NCBI GenBank assembly: GCA_015233115.1 | Contig: JADFYJ010000015.1 | Coordinates: 450-64,449, forward strand | Length of the DNA: 64,000 nt | Source: Candidatus Omnitrophota bacterium | GTDB taxonomy: Bacteria; Omnitrophota; Gorgyraeia; Zapsychrales; Zapsychraceae | Reading direction: 5' to 3' | Shown here: positions 48,321 through 59,527 of the stretch, in pieces | Layout: the number at the start of each line of letters is the position of its first letter | How positions within the stretch are numbered: position 1 is the first letter of the stretch | Made by a program: the position numbers and the translations under genes | Notes under the pieces: model-generated | Database searches by the model: none | Seen by the model: the letters and a program-made list of their open reading frames with translations, nothing else | Told to the model about the DNA's origin: nothing

Positions 48321-49508
48321 TTATCCTCGCAATACTTTTAATATTTCTTTATTTAAGGTGAAGTTTTCCGTTTTCCACGATTGAACCATTTCCTGTTTCC
48401 GTTTGGCCCATAAATCCGCAAACGTATCCCAGCCAAAACGCGGGCCGATACGGTTCACCCAGGGAGGATTCGGCACATAACTATACAAACCGTCGGGAAA
48501 AATACTGCTCTTAACCGCTTTATACGTCCAATACGTCCAATGAAAATCAAACTGCGCCATCAATTCAATCATGTCTTTAAGCCAGATATCTTCGCCGTAA
48601 AGGCCTTGTCTGGCATTCACGCCGAACTCACCATTATAAATCGGTCTCTGACGCTGATTGGAAATTTTAGCATATTGTTCCAGATGTTTCTTGAGTGTCG
48701 AACGATTGCACTGGTATTCTTTTGTTTTCAGCGGATATTTTAACAAAGGCTCTAAATTAAACGTGAATTTCAAAGGCTCATAACTGTGAATACTGATCGC
48801 GTAATTATCATCTTCGTAATCATCCATGAAGGTAATATCCGTTGACCATTTATTTCCTTCGATAAATAAAATATGGTTCCGGTCCACGCAGCGAATCACT
48901 TTAATAACATCTTTATAAAATTTATTCAGCAATTTTGTGTCATCCATCACTGTCTCATTCAAAAGATCATATCCTGCCACGCCCGGACGATCTTTATAAC
49001 GATCCGCTAAAAATTCCCAAATCTTACACACGTGTTTTTGGTGAGCCGGGCTGGTCCACAAGCCCGCTTTGCCGTCGCTGTCAGCGTGCCAATCATGGTT
49101 CTGACTGCCCGGCGCGGCATGCAGGTCTAAAATCACCCATAAGCCATATTTCTCCGCCCAATCCACGGCCTGATCTAAATATTTGATGGCGCCTGTTTCA
49201 GACCCTTTGATTTGCGGCTCAAGGATCCGGTAATTAAACGGCACCCGGATACAATTAAAACCCATTCTTTTAATATTTTTGAAATCCTCTTCCCCAATAA
49301 ATGTAGACCGAAATGCTTTTTCAAATTCAGCCAAAGCTTCTGACCCTAATTTTTTCACAAACTCATTTTTAAATTTGTGTTCCGCGTAATTCGGCGCGCC
49401 AAGGATATAAGCTTCCATCATCAGCCACCCGCCGACATTAAAGCCGCGCAATTGAATAGCTTTGCCTTTTTGATCAACGATTTTTGTACCGCAAGTCTTT
49501 AAAAACAT
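48321..49508 (-). CDS. Glycoside hydrolase family 5 protein
   Basis: RGFNVGGWL..E, IRVPF, DLHAAPG, YDLLNE acid/base, H.Y, GEFG nucleophile; start re-assigned to 49508. Confidence 0.88.
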   Translation of the reverse strand: MFLKTCGTKIVDQKGKAIQLRGFNVGGWLMMEAYILGAPNYAEHKFKNEFVKKLGSEALAEFEKAFRSTFIGEEDFKNIKRMGFNCIRVPFNYRILEPQIKGSETGAIKYLDQAVDWAEKYGLWVILDLHAAPGSQNHDWHADSDGKAGLWTSPAHQKHVCKIWEFLADRYKDRPGVAGYDLLNETVMDDTKLLNKFYKDVIKVIRCVDRNHILFIEGNKWSTDITFMDDYEDDNYAISIHSYEPLKFTFNLEPLLKYPLKTKEYQCNRSTLKKHLEQYAKISNQRQRPIYNGEFGVNARQGLYGEDIWLKDMIELMAQFDFHWTYWTYKAVKSSIFPDGLYSYVPNPPWVNRIGPRFGWDTFADLWAKRKQEMVQSWKTENFTLNKEILKVLRG

Positions 49509-49518
49509 AGGTGCCTTT

Positions 49519-49992
49519 TTATTTTTTTGCAGAAGTATATTTTTCCAAATCATAAACAATATCTTTGCTCGGCATAGGGACCTTATCAATCTGGACTTTA
49601 GCTTTAGCAAAAAAATCCGTAGCCAGCGTGCTGTGATAATCAGAAAAAACCACCACCCTTTTGATTCCTGCCGCGATAACCGCTTTCGCACAAGTCGTAC
49701 AAGGCATGTTTGTGACATACGCAGTAGAGCCCTCAACCGCATTGCCGTGTTTCGCCGCCTGCATGAGCGCGTTCATCTCCGCGTGATTCGTCCGCTGACA
49801 ATGATTCTCCACCACCAAACACCCCACATCCTCACAATGCGCATCACCCGGAATAGACCCGTTATATCCCGTTGCAATCACACTTTTACCCTTTACCAAA
49901 ACACACCCGCAATGCATCCGCGGACACGTCGCGCGTTCCGATGCCAACATCGCCAATTTCATAAAATATTGATCCCAATCAGGACGCCCCAT
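49519..49992 (-). CDS. dCMP deaminase family protein (ComEB-like)
   Basis: RPDWDQYFM, TGYNG, HAEMNA, PCTTC. Confidence 0.92.
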   Translation of the reverse strand: MGRPDWDQYFMKLAMLASERATCPRMHCGCVLVKGKSVIATGYNGSIPGDAHCEDVGCLVVENHCQRTNHAEMNALMQAAKHGNAVEGSTAYVTNMPCTTCAKAVIAAGIKRVVVFSDYHSTLATDFFAKAKVQIDKVPMPSKDIVYDLEKYTSAKK

Positions 49993-50018
49993 AAATACTC
50001 CCTTTTAATAATTTTGAT

Positions 50019-50254
50019 AGTAACAGAGTAACCGAGTAACCGAGTAACCGAGTAAAAGCAAACAAAAAAACATAAGCTATAAAATTATGATAGTAACAAA
50101 GTAAAAGCAAAAAAAAGCAAAAACCATAAAAAATTTGATAGTAACCTAACCATTCGCTATAAAAATATATTTCTAATTCACGTTATCCCTTGCCTTTTCG
50201 CTTTTCATCAATCGGTTTTGCTCTGTCACTCTGTTACTCTGTTACTCGGTTACT
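50019..50254. repeat. AGTAAC-type 8-mer inverted-array element
   Basis: Left agtaacag (agtaaccg)x3 agtaaaagc preceded by taattttg; right aatcggttttgct ctgtcact ctgttact ctgttact cggttact; interior resembles element at 138-440. Confidence 0.92.
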
Positions 50255-50305
50255 CACACAGCTCGTCCATTCTACCAGACCGACGATTAACTGACAAGCC
50301 ATGGT

Positions 50306-51472
50306 TTATTGCAAAAACTCCATAATGCCGTTTATGCCTTGCATAAATATAGTCTGCGGAGTTAACAACGAAACGATCATGCACGGTTCATCCTGAAAAT
50401 CAAAAAAATAACCCGGATGCACAAACACCCCTTTTTCATCCAACAAACGCAGAATCAAGTCATCTTCGTCCATAGGCTGTTCAACCCGGCAAACCGCGTA
50501 CCATCCTCCGTCACAGTTCAACATCCTGATCCCTGAGCCAGCCACGACCTTTTCCTTTAAGTATTTGCGGTTAAACTCCAGTCGTTTCACAATTTGTTCA
50601 CGGATATTTTTTTGTATATTCATCCACGACGGCAAAGCGTTTTGGGACGGCGCATTCACCGACAGATAGGTGTCAGCAATAACTTCCAAACGACTCACCG
50701 CTTCATCCACTTCCCTCTCCGGCCCATTAATCACAATCCACGATAATTTCATTTGCGGCATAGCCAAAGCCTTGGAAACCCCTCCTAACACAAAAGTCAG
50801 ATTAGCCGTATTAGCTGCTAAACTGGGATAATCAATGCGGCCGTCAAACAAATAGTCCAAAAAAACCTCGTCGGAAATAATAGCTGATTGCGCGGTTCTG
50901 GCTGCCGCGTTAACCACAGCCAGATCATCCACATTAATCAGTGAACCGGTCGGGTTGTTGGGATTAACCAGCACAATCGCGCAGCAATTTTCTTTGATCC
51001 CCGCCTGCATACTGTTCGCGGAAACAGCCCATCTGGAGCCAGTATAATCTAACTGATACGTCTTCATTTTAAGATCATTGATATCAACCAAAAACTGAAA
51101 CAGCGGATAACTCGGTTCGGGAAATAAAATCGTATCTTTAGGGTTCCCCAAAAGGCGAAATAAAAACGAATACCCTTCTGACGTGCTGGCTGTTAAAAAT
51201 ATCCTCTGCAAAGGAACATTGATCCCCCGCGCCGCGTAATAATTTTGCACTGCCTCCCGCGCGGATTTAAGGCCCTGTGATGCCGGCTCATAAACCAAAT
51301 TCCGCTTATCCCCTAACGCGGCTAAAATTTCTTCTTCCGGATACTCAAACTGACATTGCGTCGGGTTCGACACCGTCAAATCGAAAAACAGCTTCCCCTG
51401 CGCTTTCAAATCCGCGATTTTAAGCGAAATCTCATTCGGTTCCATTTGCCAGTTTGTTCTTTGGGAAAACAT
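50306..51472 (-). CDS. PLP-dependent aminotransferase class I/II
   Basis: NPNNPTG, ISDEVF, GVSK...K.SW motifs. Confidence 0.9.
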   Translation of the reverse strand: MFSQRTNWQMEPNEISLKIADLKAQGKLFFDLTVSNPTQCQFEYPEEEILAALGDKRNLVYEPASQGLKSAREAVQNYYAARGINVPLQRIFLTASTSEGYSFLFRLLGNPKDTILFPEPSYPLFQFLVDINDLKMKTYQLDYTGSRWAVSANSMQAGIKENCCAIVLVNPNNPTGSLINVDDLAVVNAAARTAQSAIISDEVFLDYLFDGRIDYPSLAANTANLTFVLGGVSKALAMPQMKLSWIVINGPEREVDEAVSRLEVIADTYLSVNAPSQNALPSWMNIQKNIREQIVKRLEFNRKYLKEKVVAGSGIRMLNCDGGWYAVCRVEQPMDEDDLILRLLDEKGVFVHPGYFFDFQDEPCMIVSLLTPQTIFMQGINGIMEFLQ

Positions 51473-51487
51473 AGTGATAATCCTATC

Positions 51488-52693
51488 TTAAACCCTGATC
51501 TTTTTTTTGAGCAAATTTGCGTATTCGTGAAATCCTAAGTAATCAGCATCTTTAACCGATTGCGTTTCATCATCTAAAGAAACAACCAATCCTTTTCCGG
51601 TATTCAACTTAGCAAACAATTCTCTGAATCTTTTTATGCTATCCGACATTTCTGATTTTTTTGTCATACTCATTTTAAATTCAACAGGAATGACTTGACC
51701 CCGGATTTCTATCAACAGATCAACTTCTAACTGATTGGCGGTTCTAACATAATAAACATTATCTCGTTGGCCAGCATTTAAAATAGTTTTAATGGTTTCT
51801 TCAACACAAAAATTTTCAAATATATTTCCGGCCAAATAAGATTGAAATATCTGTGTCTTAGTTTCCAATCCTAACAAATAACACAAAAATCCGGAATCTA
51901 AAAAATATACCTTGGGACTTTTAATGACCCTCTTACCAAAATTTTCATAATAGGGCTTGAGTAGATACACAATTTTCGAACTTATTAAAACGGAAACCCA
52001 ATTTTGAATTGTCGGTACTGCCACACCTATACTGGCGGCTAAATCTGAATAATTTAATATTTGCCCGCATCGGCCCGCCAATAGTTGCAATAGTTTATGA
52101 AATTGCAAAACATTTCCGACACCAAAATAATTTTTTATATCCCTCTCTAAATAAGTCCCCAAATAACTTTTATACCAATTATTTCTGTCCGCTTGGTTTC
52201 TTTTTAATAATAACGCGGGATAAGATCCATTAACACAAGACTTAACAAAAAGGTTTAAACTTTTTTGTTCCGGTTTAATATTTTCTTTTTCCAAAGATGA
52301 AAACGATAATAATTCGAGAATGGCAATCCGACCAGCTAACGTTTCCGATAAATTTTTCATCATACTAAACTGCTGAGAACCGGTTAATATATATCTTCCG
52401 AATACCTGCGGGTTCTCGTCAATTTTAATTTTAAGATATGGTAAGATTTCCGGGCAATATTGAATTTCATCCAAGATGAATTTACCATCCAAATTGTCCA
52501 AAAATAATTTTGGATCTGTTTTCGCGAAATCAACTGAGGAAACATCGTCAAAGGTCAAATATTGATAATGAGGAAACAAATGTCTGAGTAAAGTCGATTT
52601 TCCGGACTGCCGCGGGCCGGTTAACACGACCCCGGGAAATGACTTTAAACACCCAAGCACGGTTGCTTCTATGGCGCGTTTATAATATTTCAT
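51488..52693 (-). CDS. AAA+ ATPase with C-terminal DUF4143-type domain
   Basis: GPRQSGKST, LDEIQ, LTGSQ, ETLAGR, KSPKVYFLDSG, EVDL...EFK. Confidence 0.9.
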   Translation of the reverse strand: MKYYKRAIEATVLGCLKSFPGVVLTGPRQSGKSTLLRHLFPHYQYLTFDDVSSVDFAKTDPKLFLDNLDGKFILDEIQYCPEILPYLKIKIDENPQVFGRYILTGSQQFSMMKNLSETLAGRIAILELLSFSSLEKENIKPEQKSLNLFVKSCVNGSYPALLLKRNQADRNNWYKSYLGTYLERDIKNYFGVGNVLQFHKLLQLLAGRCGQILNYSDLAASIGVAVPTIQNWVSVLISSKIVYLLKPYYENFGKRVIKSPKVYFLDSGFLCYLLGLETKTQIFQSYLAGNIFENFCVEETIKTILNAGQRDNVYYVRTANQLEVDLLIEIRGQVIPVEFKMSMTKKSEMSDSIKRFRELFAKLNTGKGLVVSLDDETQSVKDADYLGFHEYANLLKKKIRV

Positions 52694-52699
52694 GCTTAA

Positions 52700-52728
52700 T
52701 TTATAACATTTTCCTACACAGTAGTCAA
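52700..52728 (-). promoter_or_regulatory. Candidate promoter for a leaderless AAA ATPase transcript
   Basis: TTGACT-17-TATAAA ending 6 nt before the ATG at 52693; no SD sequence. Confidence 0.55.
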
Positions 52729-52870
52729 TGCAAATTTAATCTATTACTTTAAATATGCATTATACAAATACGCCCCCATTCCTTCACTTGTCAAGCGCGC
52801 CATTGGCGGTAAACTTCCCCGGCCCAATGATTTCTGGAGAAATTCTTATTTAAAATTTACTCTAAAGTAT

Positions 52871-53569
52871 CTACTCCGCGCTTCTAGGTCTAAATTCTGT
52901 ACTTCTCGCTAATCTGGCTTTTAATTCTTTCACCTGCTGTTCTAACTGCAGATAATCGGTTTTGGCAACCCACTCGGTGTCTTTTTTCTCTTGGGATAAT
53001 TCCTGATTTTTCCGTCGCAGATCATTAACTTGGACTTTTAATCCTTCGACTTCGGCATTTAAGCGCATATTGTCCGTATCCAATTTACGGCGGATTTCTT
53101 CCTGATCTGCGGTAAGACGGCGCAATTCCGCGAGCTCTTTTTCCATTCGGATATTCTGACCGTGTTCATGGCTATAGGTTTCCTGCAGATGCGTCAAATC
53201 AGTTTTTAACTTCTGCATTTCTTCTTTGCGCTTTGTAATATCCTGTTCTTCTTTTTTATGCCACACCCGTTCCTGTTCCAGCCTCTCATCAAGTTTTTTT
53301 AATTTAGCCTGCTCAATTAATATCAGCTTATCCTTAGCCGCGGATTCTTTTTCCAATTTGCCGATCTGCTCACGAGCGGCCTGCACATGTTTTTCAAGTT
53401 TTAAACAAGCCTCTTTCCAATCTTTCTGCTCTTTAGGCAGTTCTTCCGGCTTAACCTTCGCCGCTTTCTTTTTTGCCGATTTTTTCTGCTCCGGCACCAA
53501 ATAAATCGCGATCATCGCGACAATGATCAAAGTGATCAAAGCTATTCCCCAAATCATGTATGAATCCAT
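52871..53569 (-). CDS. Membrane-anchored coiled-coil protein
   Basis: N-terminal TM helix followed by long E/K/Q/L-rich heptads. Confidence 0.7.
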   Translation of the reverse strand: MDSYMIWGIALITLIIVAMIAIYLVPEQKKSAKKKAAKVKPEELPKEQKDWKEACLKLEKHVQAAREQIGKLEKESAAKDKLILIEQAKLKKLDERLEQERVWHKKEEQDITKRKEEMQKLKTDLTHLQETYSHEHGQNIRMEKELAELRRLTADQEEIRRKLDTDNMRLNAEVEGLKVQVNDLRRKNQELSQEKKDTEWVAKTDYLQLEQQVKELKARLARSTEFRPRSAE

Positions 53570-55260
53570 TACTTTCCCCCTTTAAGTGCCTTAAGGCACA
53601 AATCTAAATTTTTCTGTGCCGCCGCGTTATCCGGCTTTATGGCTAATACTTTCTCATAATATTTCTTCGCCATTTTATGCTGTCCGCTGAAACTATAAAT
53701 AACCCCTTCCAAATTGAGAGCTTCAATATTTGTATCGTAATAGCGCAAACTCTTTTTCACCATGACTAACGCGTCAATACGCTGATTCAATCCTAAATAC
53801 GCTGTGGCAGCCTCATAATAGACTTTACCGGCAAACTTCCCATAAAGAATTTTAGCGGCGGGTAATGTCGTGTTGCTACGATAATAAAGAAATCTCTGCC
53901 CAGCTACTTCATACTGCTCTAAAGCCTTATGATATAAACCCCGATCCGCATAGGCCACGCCCAGGAGTTCCCTGCCTCTGCCAAAATCAGGTTCATACTT
54001 TATGGTCTTTTCGAAAATGGGAATTTCTCCGCGCCACATCCAGACTTGAAGGAATGACAGTGTTAAAAAAACCGCAGATATCAGCCAACAGATATTTAAC
54101 CTTAATTGTATCTGTTCCGTAGGCACAAACGCATCTCCCACCGCATAAAAAAAAATCAGGATACCGGCCAAAGGCAAATATAAAAAATGTTCCGCGGACA
54201 AAATAAAAGAATATTCATTGATCAACGGCACAATGTTTAAAACCGGCAGTAAAAAAATGAAAAACCAAATCAATCCAAAAACAGCCATCCTCCTGCGGCC
54301 GGGATCCATACGCTGTAAGATCCAAATCACGGCCAACGCGGCCATCCATAACCCAAGGCACGGGACAGCCCAGGGAGAAAATATATCCGTACTCCGGTAA
54401 TAATGTAAGCCTGATGGAAAAATAATAATTTTAAAATAATTGAGCAACGTTAAAGGAATAACCCGGACTCGCAGCCATAATTCTTCACTAAAACTGAAAA
54501 AATAAAATTCATTCGCCGTATGCGCCACAAAACGACGGAATAAAAAATATAAAACAAAAATTACCAGCAATCCCGTCCATATAAGCCATTTATTTTTTAC
54601 GACCTGAATAATTTTTTTTTCTCCTAATAACCAATCCGCCGCGAATAACACGATCGGCAACGCCACGGCCTGTTCTTTGGCCATTAAACCCGCAAAAAAA
54701 CTTAAGCCAAGAACCAGCCCCCACCATGATTGATTTTCCATTTTTTGATAAGACAAAAAACACCACAAAATAAAAAACGCATAAACAATATTGGACATGC
54801 CGGAAATACAGGCCACAGATTCGGTCTGCACTGGATGAATGAGAAACAATAAAGACACCCAAAAGGCTGCATGCGTACTCAAGAGAGAGCTCCCCGTCAC
54901 ATTTTTTTTCAGCCAACCTTTTAAAACACTAAAAAGTAAAACCCCATTAATAAAATGCAAAATAAAATTAAAGGCATGATATCCGGCAGGAAACGGCCCA
55001 AAAACTCGATATAACAAACGGTTTATCAATTCTAAAACCGGCCGGTAATAACTGTTGACCAACGCTTCCCCGGTGCTGAAAACTTCCGTCTGAAATATGG
55101 TTTTTATATCTAAACTATGAATGTAGGGATTTAATAAAATGAAAAACTTTTCATCATGTACAAAAGGAAACAGCATGGTACAAACATAAATCAGGATAAC
55201 GCTGATGAAAAAAACGCCCCAAACCAGCGATCGCGTGACAGGGAGATTACGCAGGGCCAT
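53569..55260 (-). CDS. Multi-pass membrane glycosyltransferase-like protein with C-terminal TPRs (TMTC-like)
   Basis: F..DE...I..NP, YYRP, HPVQTESV, KE, AEHFLYLP motifs; TPR tail. Confidence 0.8.
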   Translation of the reverse strand: MALRNLPVTRSLVWGVFFISVILIYVCTMLFPFVHDEKFFILLNPYIHSLDIKTIFQTEVFSTGEALVNSYYRPVLELINRLLYRVFGPFPAGYHAFNFILHFINGVLLFSVLKGWLKKNVTGSSLLSTHAAFWVSLLFLIHPVQTESVACISGMSNIVYAFFILWCFLSYQKMENQSWWGLVLGLSFFAGLMAKEQAVALPIVLFAADWLLGEKKIIQVVKNKWLIWTGLLVIFVLYFLFRRFVAHTANEFYFFSFSEELWLRVRVIPLTLLNYFKIIIFPSGLHYYRSTDIFSPWAVPCLGLWMAALAVIWILQRMDPGRRRMAVFGLIWFFIFLLPVLNIVPLINEYSFILSAEHFLYLPLAGILIFFYAVGDAFVPTEQIQLRLNICWLISAVFLTLSFLQVWMWRGEIPIFEKTIKYEPDFGRGRELLGVAYADRGLYHKALEQYEVAGQRFLYYRSNTTLPAAKILYGKFAGKVYYEAATAYLGLNQRIDALVMVKKSLRYYDTNIEALNLEGVIYSFSGQHKMAKKYYEKVLAIKPDNAAAQKNLDLCLKALKGGK

Positions 55261-55603
55261 ATTCTTTCCGGACTAATTGCATCTGTTCGGTTAATTTCGC
55301 ATACTCCTCATCCAATTGGACCAACACGGCCTCAGCTCCATCAAGGGTGTTATTTTTTCCCATCATCTCTAATTTCATACACACTTCACGGACTAGTTTG
55401 GCCGATATATTTCCGGAAGCACCTTTGACAGAATGAGCTACACCCCGGATATTTTCAAAATTTTTTTCTTTAATAGCCTCGCCTAATTGTTGTCGTTTTC
55501 CAGGAAAGTCTTCCATAAAAATGTCAAACAATTCCAACATCAATTCTTTGTCATCTTGAACCCGTTCTAACAACTCCGGAACATCAATAATTGGATCATT
55601 CAT
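55247..55603 (-). CDS. Hpt (histidine phosphotransfer) protein
   Basis: [13 protein letters not shown] motif; start at 55603 by RBS spacing. Confidence 0.9.
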   Translation of the reverse strand: MNDPIIDVPELLERVQDDKELMLELFDIFMEDFPGKRQQLGEAIKEKNFENIRGVAHSVKGASGNISAKLVREVCMKLEMMGKNNTLDGAEAVLVQLDEEYAKLTEQMQLVRKEYGPA

Positions 55604-57908
55604 CTGCATTCCTTTTTTGTAAAACATCTTCTATTTCTTTAATTAATTTTTTCCGGTCAATCGGTTTTGAAACATATCCGTCCATCCCCGCATCTAAACA
55701 AATTTTCCGGTCTTCCTGCATCGCCCGCGCTGTCAAAGCAATAATCGGAATATGTTTCCCCGTATTCTTTTCCAAATCCCTGATCGTACGGGTTGCTTGC
55801 AAACCGTCCATCTCCGGCATATAAGAATCCATCAGAACTAAATCAAACTGTTCACTGCGCATCGCCTTTAACGCTTCTTTTCCATTGATGACGGACAAAA
55901 CTTCCCAACCCTGTTTTTCCAGCATCCGGCTCGCAATCTTTTGATTAACTAAATTATCTTCGGCTAAAAGAATTTTCAAATACTTGATCCCGGAGGATGC
56001 ATCACTGGACGGCATATCCCCCATAGACTCAATGATCTGGCTGGAACCTTTTTTCACTAAGTCAAATGTGGCGGTAAAAAGAAATGTACTCCCTTTGCCT
56101 TCCACACTCTCAACCCAAATTCTGCCTTCCATCATTTCCACTAAACGTTTACAAATCGCCAATCCCAGTCCTGTCCCTCCGTACCGCCGGGCGGTTGATT
56201 CATCCGCCTGCGTGAATACTTCAAAAATTTTATCGATCTTATCCGCTGGAATACCAATTCCTTCATCCTGGATAGCGAACACCAACGTCACTTTTTCTCC
56301 CTTACGCTGATCGAGTTTGATCGAAGTACGAATTTGCCCTTGCGGCGTAAACTTAATCGCATTATTAATCAAATTAATGATAATCTGCCGTACTCTGACG
56401 GGGTCTCCCATAATCAATTCGGGAACGTCAGGGGCAACATTTAACACGAGTTCCAAATTTTTATCCTTAGCAATCACCGCCAAACCTTTACACGTGTTTT
56501 TCACCACGTTAGGCAAGTGAAAATCAATATGCTCGAGTGTAATTTTTCCAGCTTCAACCCGCGACAAATCCAAAATATCATTCAACAAACCCAATAAATT
56601 ATCCGCGGCTTCGCGGGCCACCACCAAATTTTCACGTTGTTCCGTACCGAGCGTCATATCCAAAGTTAAATCCAACATTCCTAAAATCGCGTTCATAGGC
56701 GTCCGCACTTCATGTGACATATTGGCCAGGAACATAGACTTTGTCTGATTAGCTTCTTCGGCGGCTAACTTGGCTTGTAGTAATTTTTCTTCCAATCTTT
56801 TCCGTTTGGTAATATCCACCAAAATACCAACAGATCCCATGACGGCTCCGTCTTCGTCTTTTAAAATATTAACCGACAGATCCACATCAATTAAATCCCC
56901 CGTCTTGGTCTTCACCTGAATTTCCAAATGGTGTTCACTGCCTTTTTTACGGATTTCCGCCGAACGAATTTTTTCCCATTCCTGAACAGGATATAATTCC
57001 TTGATCATCTTCAAGTGTAATTCTTCATTAGAATAACCCAATAATTGTTCCGTATATTTATTCCAAGACACAATCTGTTCTTTATCGTTTGTTAAAATAA
57101 TCGAGGCGGGAGAATTATCTAATAAAATGCGGATCTTTTGTTCAGACTCAATCACTTTTTTTTCAGCCACTTTTTGACAGGTAATATCCCGCATGATCGC
57201 GATCAAGCCCATCGGTTTATTCTCTGCGTTTTTCAAAACCGATATGGTTAAATGTACATCAAACAAGCTTCCGTCTTTACGGCAAAATTGCGTTTGAATA
57301 TCAGACAAGACATTGCGGTCACCGGTCGCCAGCGCCATTTTAATGCGTTTCCACTCCTTGCCTGGACAAAGCTCTTTAATCACTTTGTTGAACAAGTCTC
57401 CTTTTTCCATCAAAAGCATTTTTTCAGAAGAAGGATTCCAAGCCACAATCCGGTCATTTTCATCTGTCACAATAATCCCAGCCGACGTTGTATCAAATAT
57501 GGTCTTAAATAATTCCTTGGATTCGGATAATTCAATCTCATATCTGCGCTGACGGGAATTCTCAAATAAAGAAATATCTATAAAATCCTGCTCAGTTTTA
57601 GTGTCAACAACTCTCTGCCCATACGCTAAACAGCTCAAAGGTTCTTTACTGTTGCCTTTCAGATATACCTGAAATTCTTCGACCGTACCTTGATCCTTAA
57701 GGATATCCATCAAATCTAAATAGTTTCCTGATTGCACAAACAAATCTTGAACCAACATTTGGGATAAAGCTTTGGCTGGCAACCCCAACATCCGGCTCAA
57801 TCCAAAATTAAAATATACAATCTTCGGTTTAGCTCCGCCTTTGGCCCTAAAAATTCCAACCGGTAGATGCTCCGTTAACTCAGCTAAGGAATTATGTTCC
57901 ACTGCCAT
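55596..57908 (-). CDS. Hybrid PAS histidine kinase / response regulator
   Basis: PAS domains, [24 protein letters not shown] ([16 protein letters not shown]); start re-assigned to 57908. Confidence 0.92.
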   Translation of the reverse strand: MAVEHNSLAELTEHLPVGIFRAKGGAKPKIVYFNFGLSRMLGLPAKALSQMLVQDLFVQSGNYLDLMDILKDQGTVEEFQVYLKGNSKEPLSCLAYGQRVVDTKTEQDFIDISLFENSRQRRYEIELSESKELFKTIFDTTSAGIIVTDENDRIVAWNPSSEKMLLMEKGDLFNKVIKELCPGKEWKRIKMALATGDRNVLSDIQTQFCRKDGSLFDVHLTISVLKNAENKPMGLIAIMRDITCQKVAEKKVIESEQKIRILLDNSPASIILTNDKEQIVSWNKYTEQLLGYSNEELHLKMIKELYPVQEWEKIRSAEIRKKGSEHHLEIQVKTKTGDLIDVDLSVNILKDEDGAVMGSVGILVDITKRKRLEEKLLQAKLAAEEANQTKSMFLANMSHEVRTPMNAILGMLDLTLDMTLGTEQRENLVVAREAADNLLGLLNDILDLSRVEAGKITLEHIDFHLPNVVKNTCKGLAVIAKDKNLELVLNVAPDVPELIMGDPVRVRQIIINLINNAIKFTPQGQIRTSIKLDQRKGEKVTLVFAIQDEGIGIPADKIDKIFEVFTQADESTARRYGGTGLGLAICKRLVEMMEGRIWVESVEGKGSTFLFTATFDLVKKGSSQIIESMGDMPSSDASSGIKYLKILLAEDNLVNQKIASRMLEKQGWEVLSVINGKEALKAMRSEQFDLVLMDSYMPEMDGLQATRTIRDLEKNTGKHIPIIALTARAMQEDRKICLDAGMDGYVSKPIDRKKLIKEIEDVLQKRNADE

Positions 57909-58209
57909 AACGCCGTTTCCTTTTAATTTTAAAGTTAACCAATACCGCAATCACATTAAAAATCGCGACCGCTGCGGTCAAAAAACCCATGCACATCGCG
58001 AATACCATGCGCCACTCTTTACCGGACGGAAAAAAATTTAATTCTTTCCCCAAATACCAGATCAAGACCAACGTCACTAATAACGTGGCGCCCGCAATCA
58101 CAAACACGAACAGAGAAAACAAAAAAGAAATCAAAAGCACATAAAGATTGTAAATCAGAAGCCGTCCCCGCGCAATTTTGCTGGCAGCAATCCCTATCCG
58201 TTTCATCAA
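57892..58209 (-). CDS. Small membrane protein
   Basis: Two long hydrophobic segments; operonic overlap. Confidence 0.6.
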   Translation of the reverse strand: MMKRIGIAASKIARGRLLIYNLYVLLISFLFSLFVFVIAGATLLVTLVLIWYLGKELNFFPSGKEWRMVFAMCMGFLTAAVAIFNVIAVLVNFKIKRKRRYGSGT

Positions 58210-58845
58210 TTACCTTTCAAATTTAACCACATTCTCCCACCATTTTCCGCTATCCCAGTCTTTCATGGAATCCCACAATTGACGGGCAGTTACAGTTTTT
58301 AAATGGTCCGGAGCGGCACGAAAAAATTTTTTTGCCTGCGGGTGTCCGCAATCGTAATATTCTTTGGCCTGCAGCAAACATTCGAGGATATCCGCATCCC
58401 GGGCGACAATGGCTTCTGCTGTTTGCTGAGCGTCATAATCTCCCCGGATCCCCGCCATTTCCCGGCTGACCTTTTTGTCTAACGGCCTGATTTGGTCCGC
58501 GAAAACTTTTTTCTCCGCTTCTTTAAAATCAATATAATAATGACCCATTTTGTGCAGATCATTAATCCGCGCTTCATGAATATCATTAAACAAAGTCATT
58601 AACAAAACTTTGTATGGATCCACGCCTTCCAAATGCGCCATATAATACCCCATGACCGCACAGCGGAAACAATGTTCAGCCACAGTCTCCGGATCTTTAA
58701 TCCCGGCGACCCACCAGCCGCTTCGTTTGATTTTTTTCAAAAGCCCGGCTTCCGCGAAAAAATCAACGGCCGCCCCGAAATCAATCTTTTTCAAGGGCGA
58801 AATTTTTTTGTTTTTGACGTTTTTGTCTAGTAATTTCATAAGCAA
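58210..58845 (-). CDS. HD domain protein (HD_3/YfbR-like nucleotidase fold); start uncertain
   Basis: LK...RSGW, ETVAEH, ND.HE (His of HD replaced by Asn), DAD.LE. Confidence 0.8.
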   Translation of the reverse strand: MLMKLLDKNVKNKKISPLKKIDFGAAVDFFAEAGLLKKIKRSGWWVAGIKDPETVAEHCFRCAVMGYYMAHLEGVDPYKVLLMTLFNDIHEARINDLHKMGHYYIDFKEAEKKVFADQIRPLDKKVSREMAGIRGDYDAQQTAEAIVARDADILECLLQAKEYYDCGHPQAKKFFRAAPDHLKTVTARQLWDSMKDWDSGKWWENVVKFER

Positions 58846-59527
58846 TAATGGTTAAAGCTTGTGCGGCATTAAAAGAAATTGTTTCAGCATACATAGGGAT
58901 TGAAATTCGTTCATCCACCTGGGCCAGCACCACATCGCGTATGCCTTTTTGCTCTGACCCAATCACAACTCCGACTAATGGAGGAAATTCGTTTGTTCCT
59001 AAAAATTGACCTTTAGATACATCCGCCGCGATAATCCAAAAATTCTCTTCCTTGGCTTTTTTGATCGCGTTAACAAGATTGGGGACCCGGCATATCGGCA
59101 CATAATTATCCCCGCCGGACGCGATTCGCAAGACTGCCTCAGTCACGCTCACAGAATTGTGCGTCGTTAAAATAATCGCGAAACGTCCTAAACAGGCCAG
59201 ACTACGGATCATGACGCCCAGATTCTGCGGATCATTCAATCCGTCCAAAAAAATTAAAGTCCGGTGTTTTTCCGCCGCATTCGACAACACCACATCCAGC
59301 TCCGCGTATTCGAAATCTTCCACATCCGCGATGAAACCTTGGTGATTTTTATCGCGTCCAATTTTCGACATCTTAGATTCGTGTACTAAAATAAACGGCA
59401 CATGGTTCTGCGCTGCTTTTTTCTGAATAGGGCCGCCTTGCACTCCTTGTTGAATATATATTTTTTTTACTGATGCCGGATTAGCGCGGATCCGCTCTAA
59501 AACCGGATTGATTCCGTATAATTTCAT
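58781..59527 (-). CDS. rlmB: 23S rRNA Gm2251 methyltransferase RlmB-like (TrmH family)
   Basis: LYGINPV, HQG, LDGLNDPQNLG..IRS, GSEQKG, IPM. Confidence 0.82.
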   Translation of the reverse strand: MKLYGINPVLERIRANPASVKKIYIQQGVQGGPIQKKAAQNHVPFILVHESKMSKIGRDKNHQGFIADVEDFEYAELDVVLSNAAEKHRTLIFLDGLNDPQNLGVMIRSLACLGRFAIILTTHNSVSVTEAVLRIASGGDNYVPICRVPNLVNAIKKAKEENFWIIAADVSKGQFLGTNEFPPLVGVVIGSEQKGIRDVVLAQVDERISIPMYAETISFNAAQALTIIAYEITRQKRQKQKNFALEKD

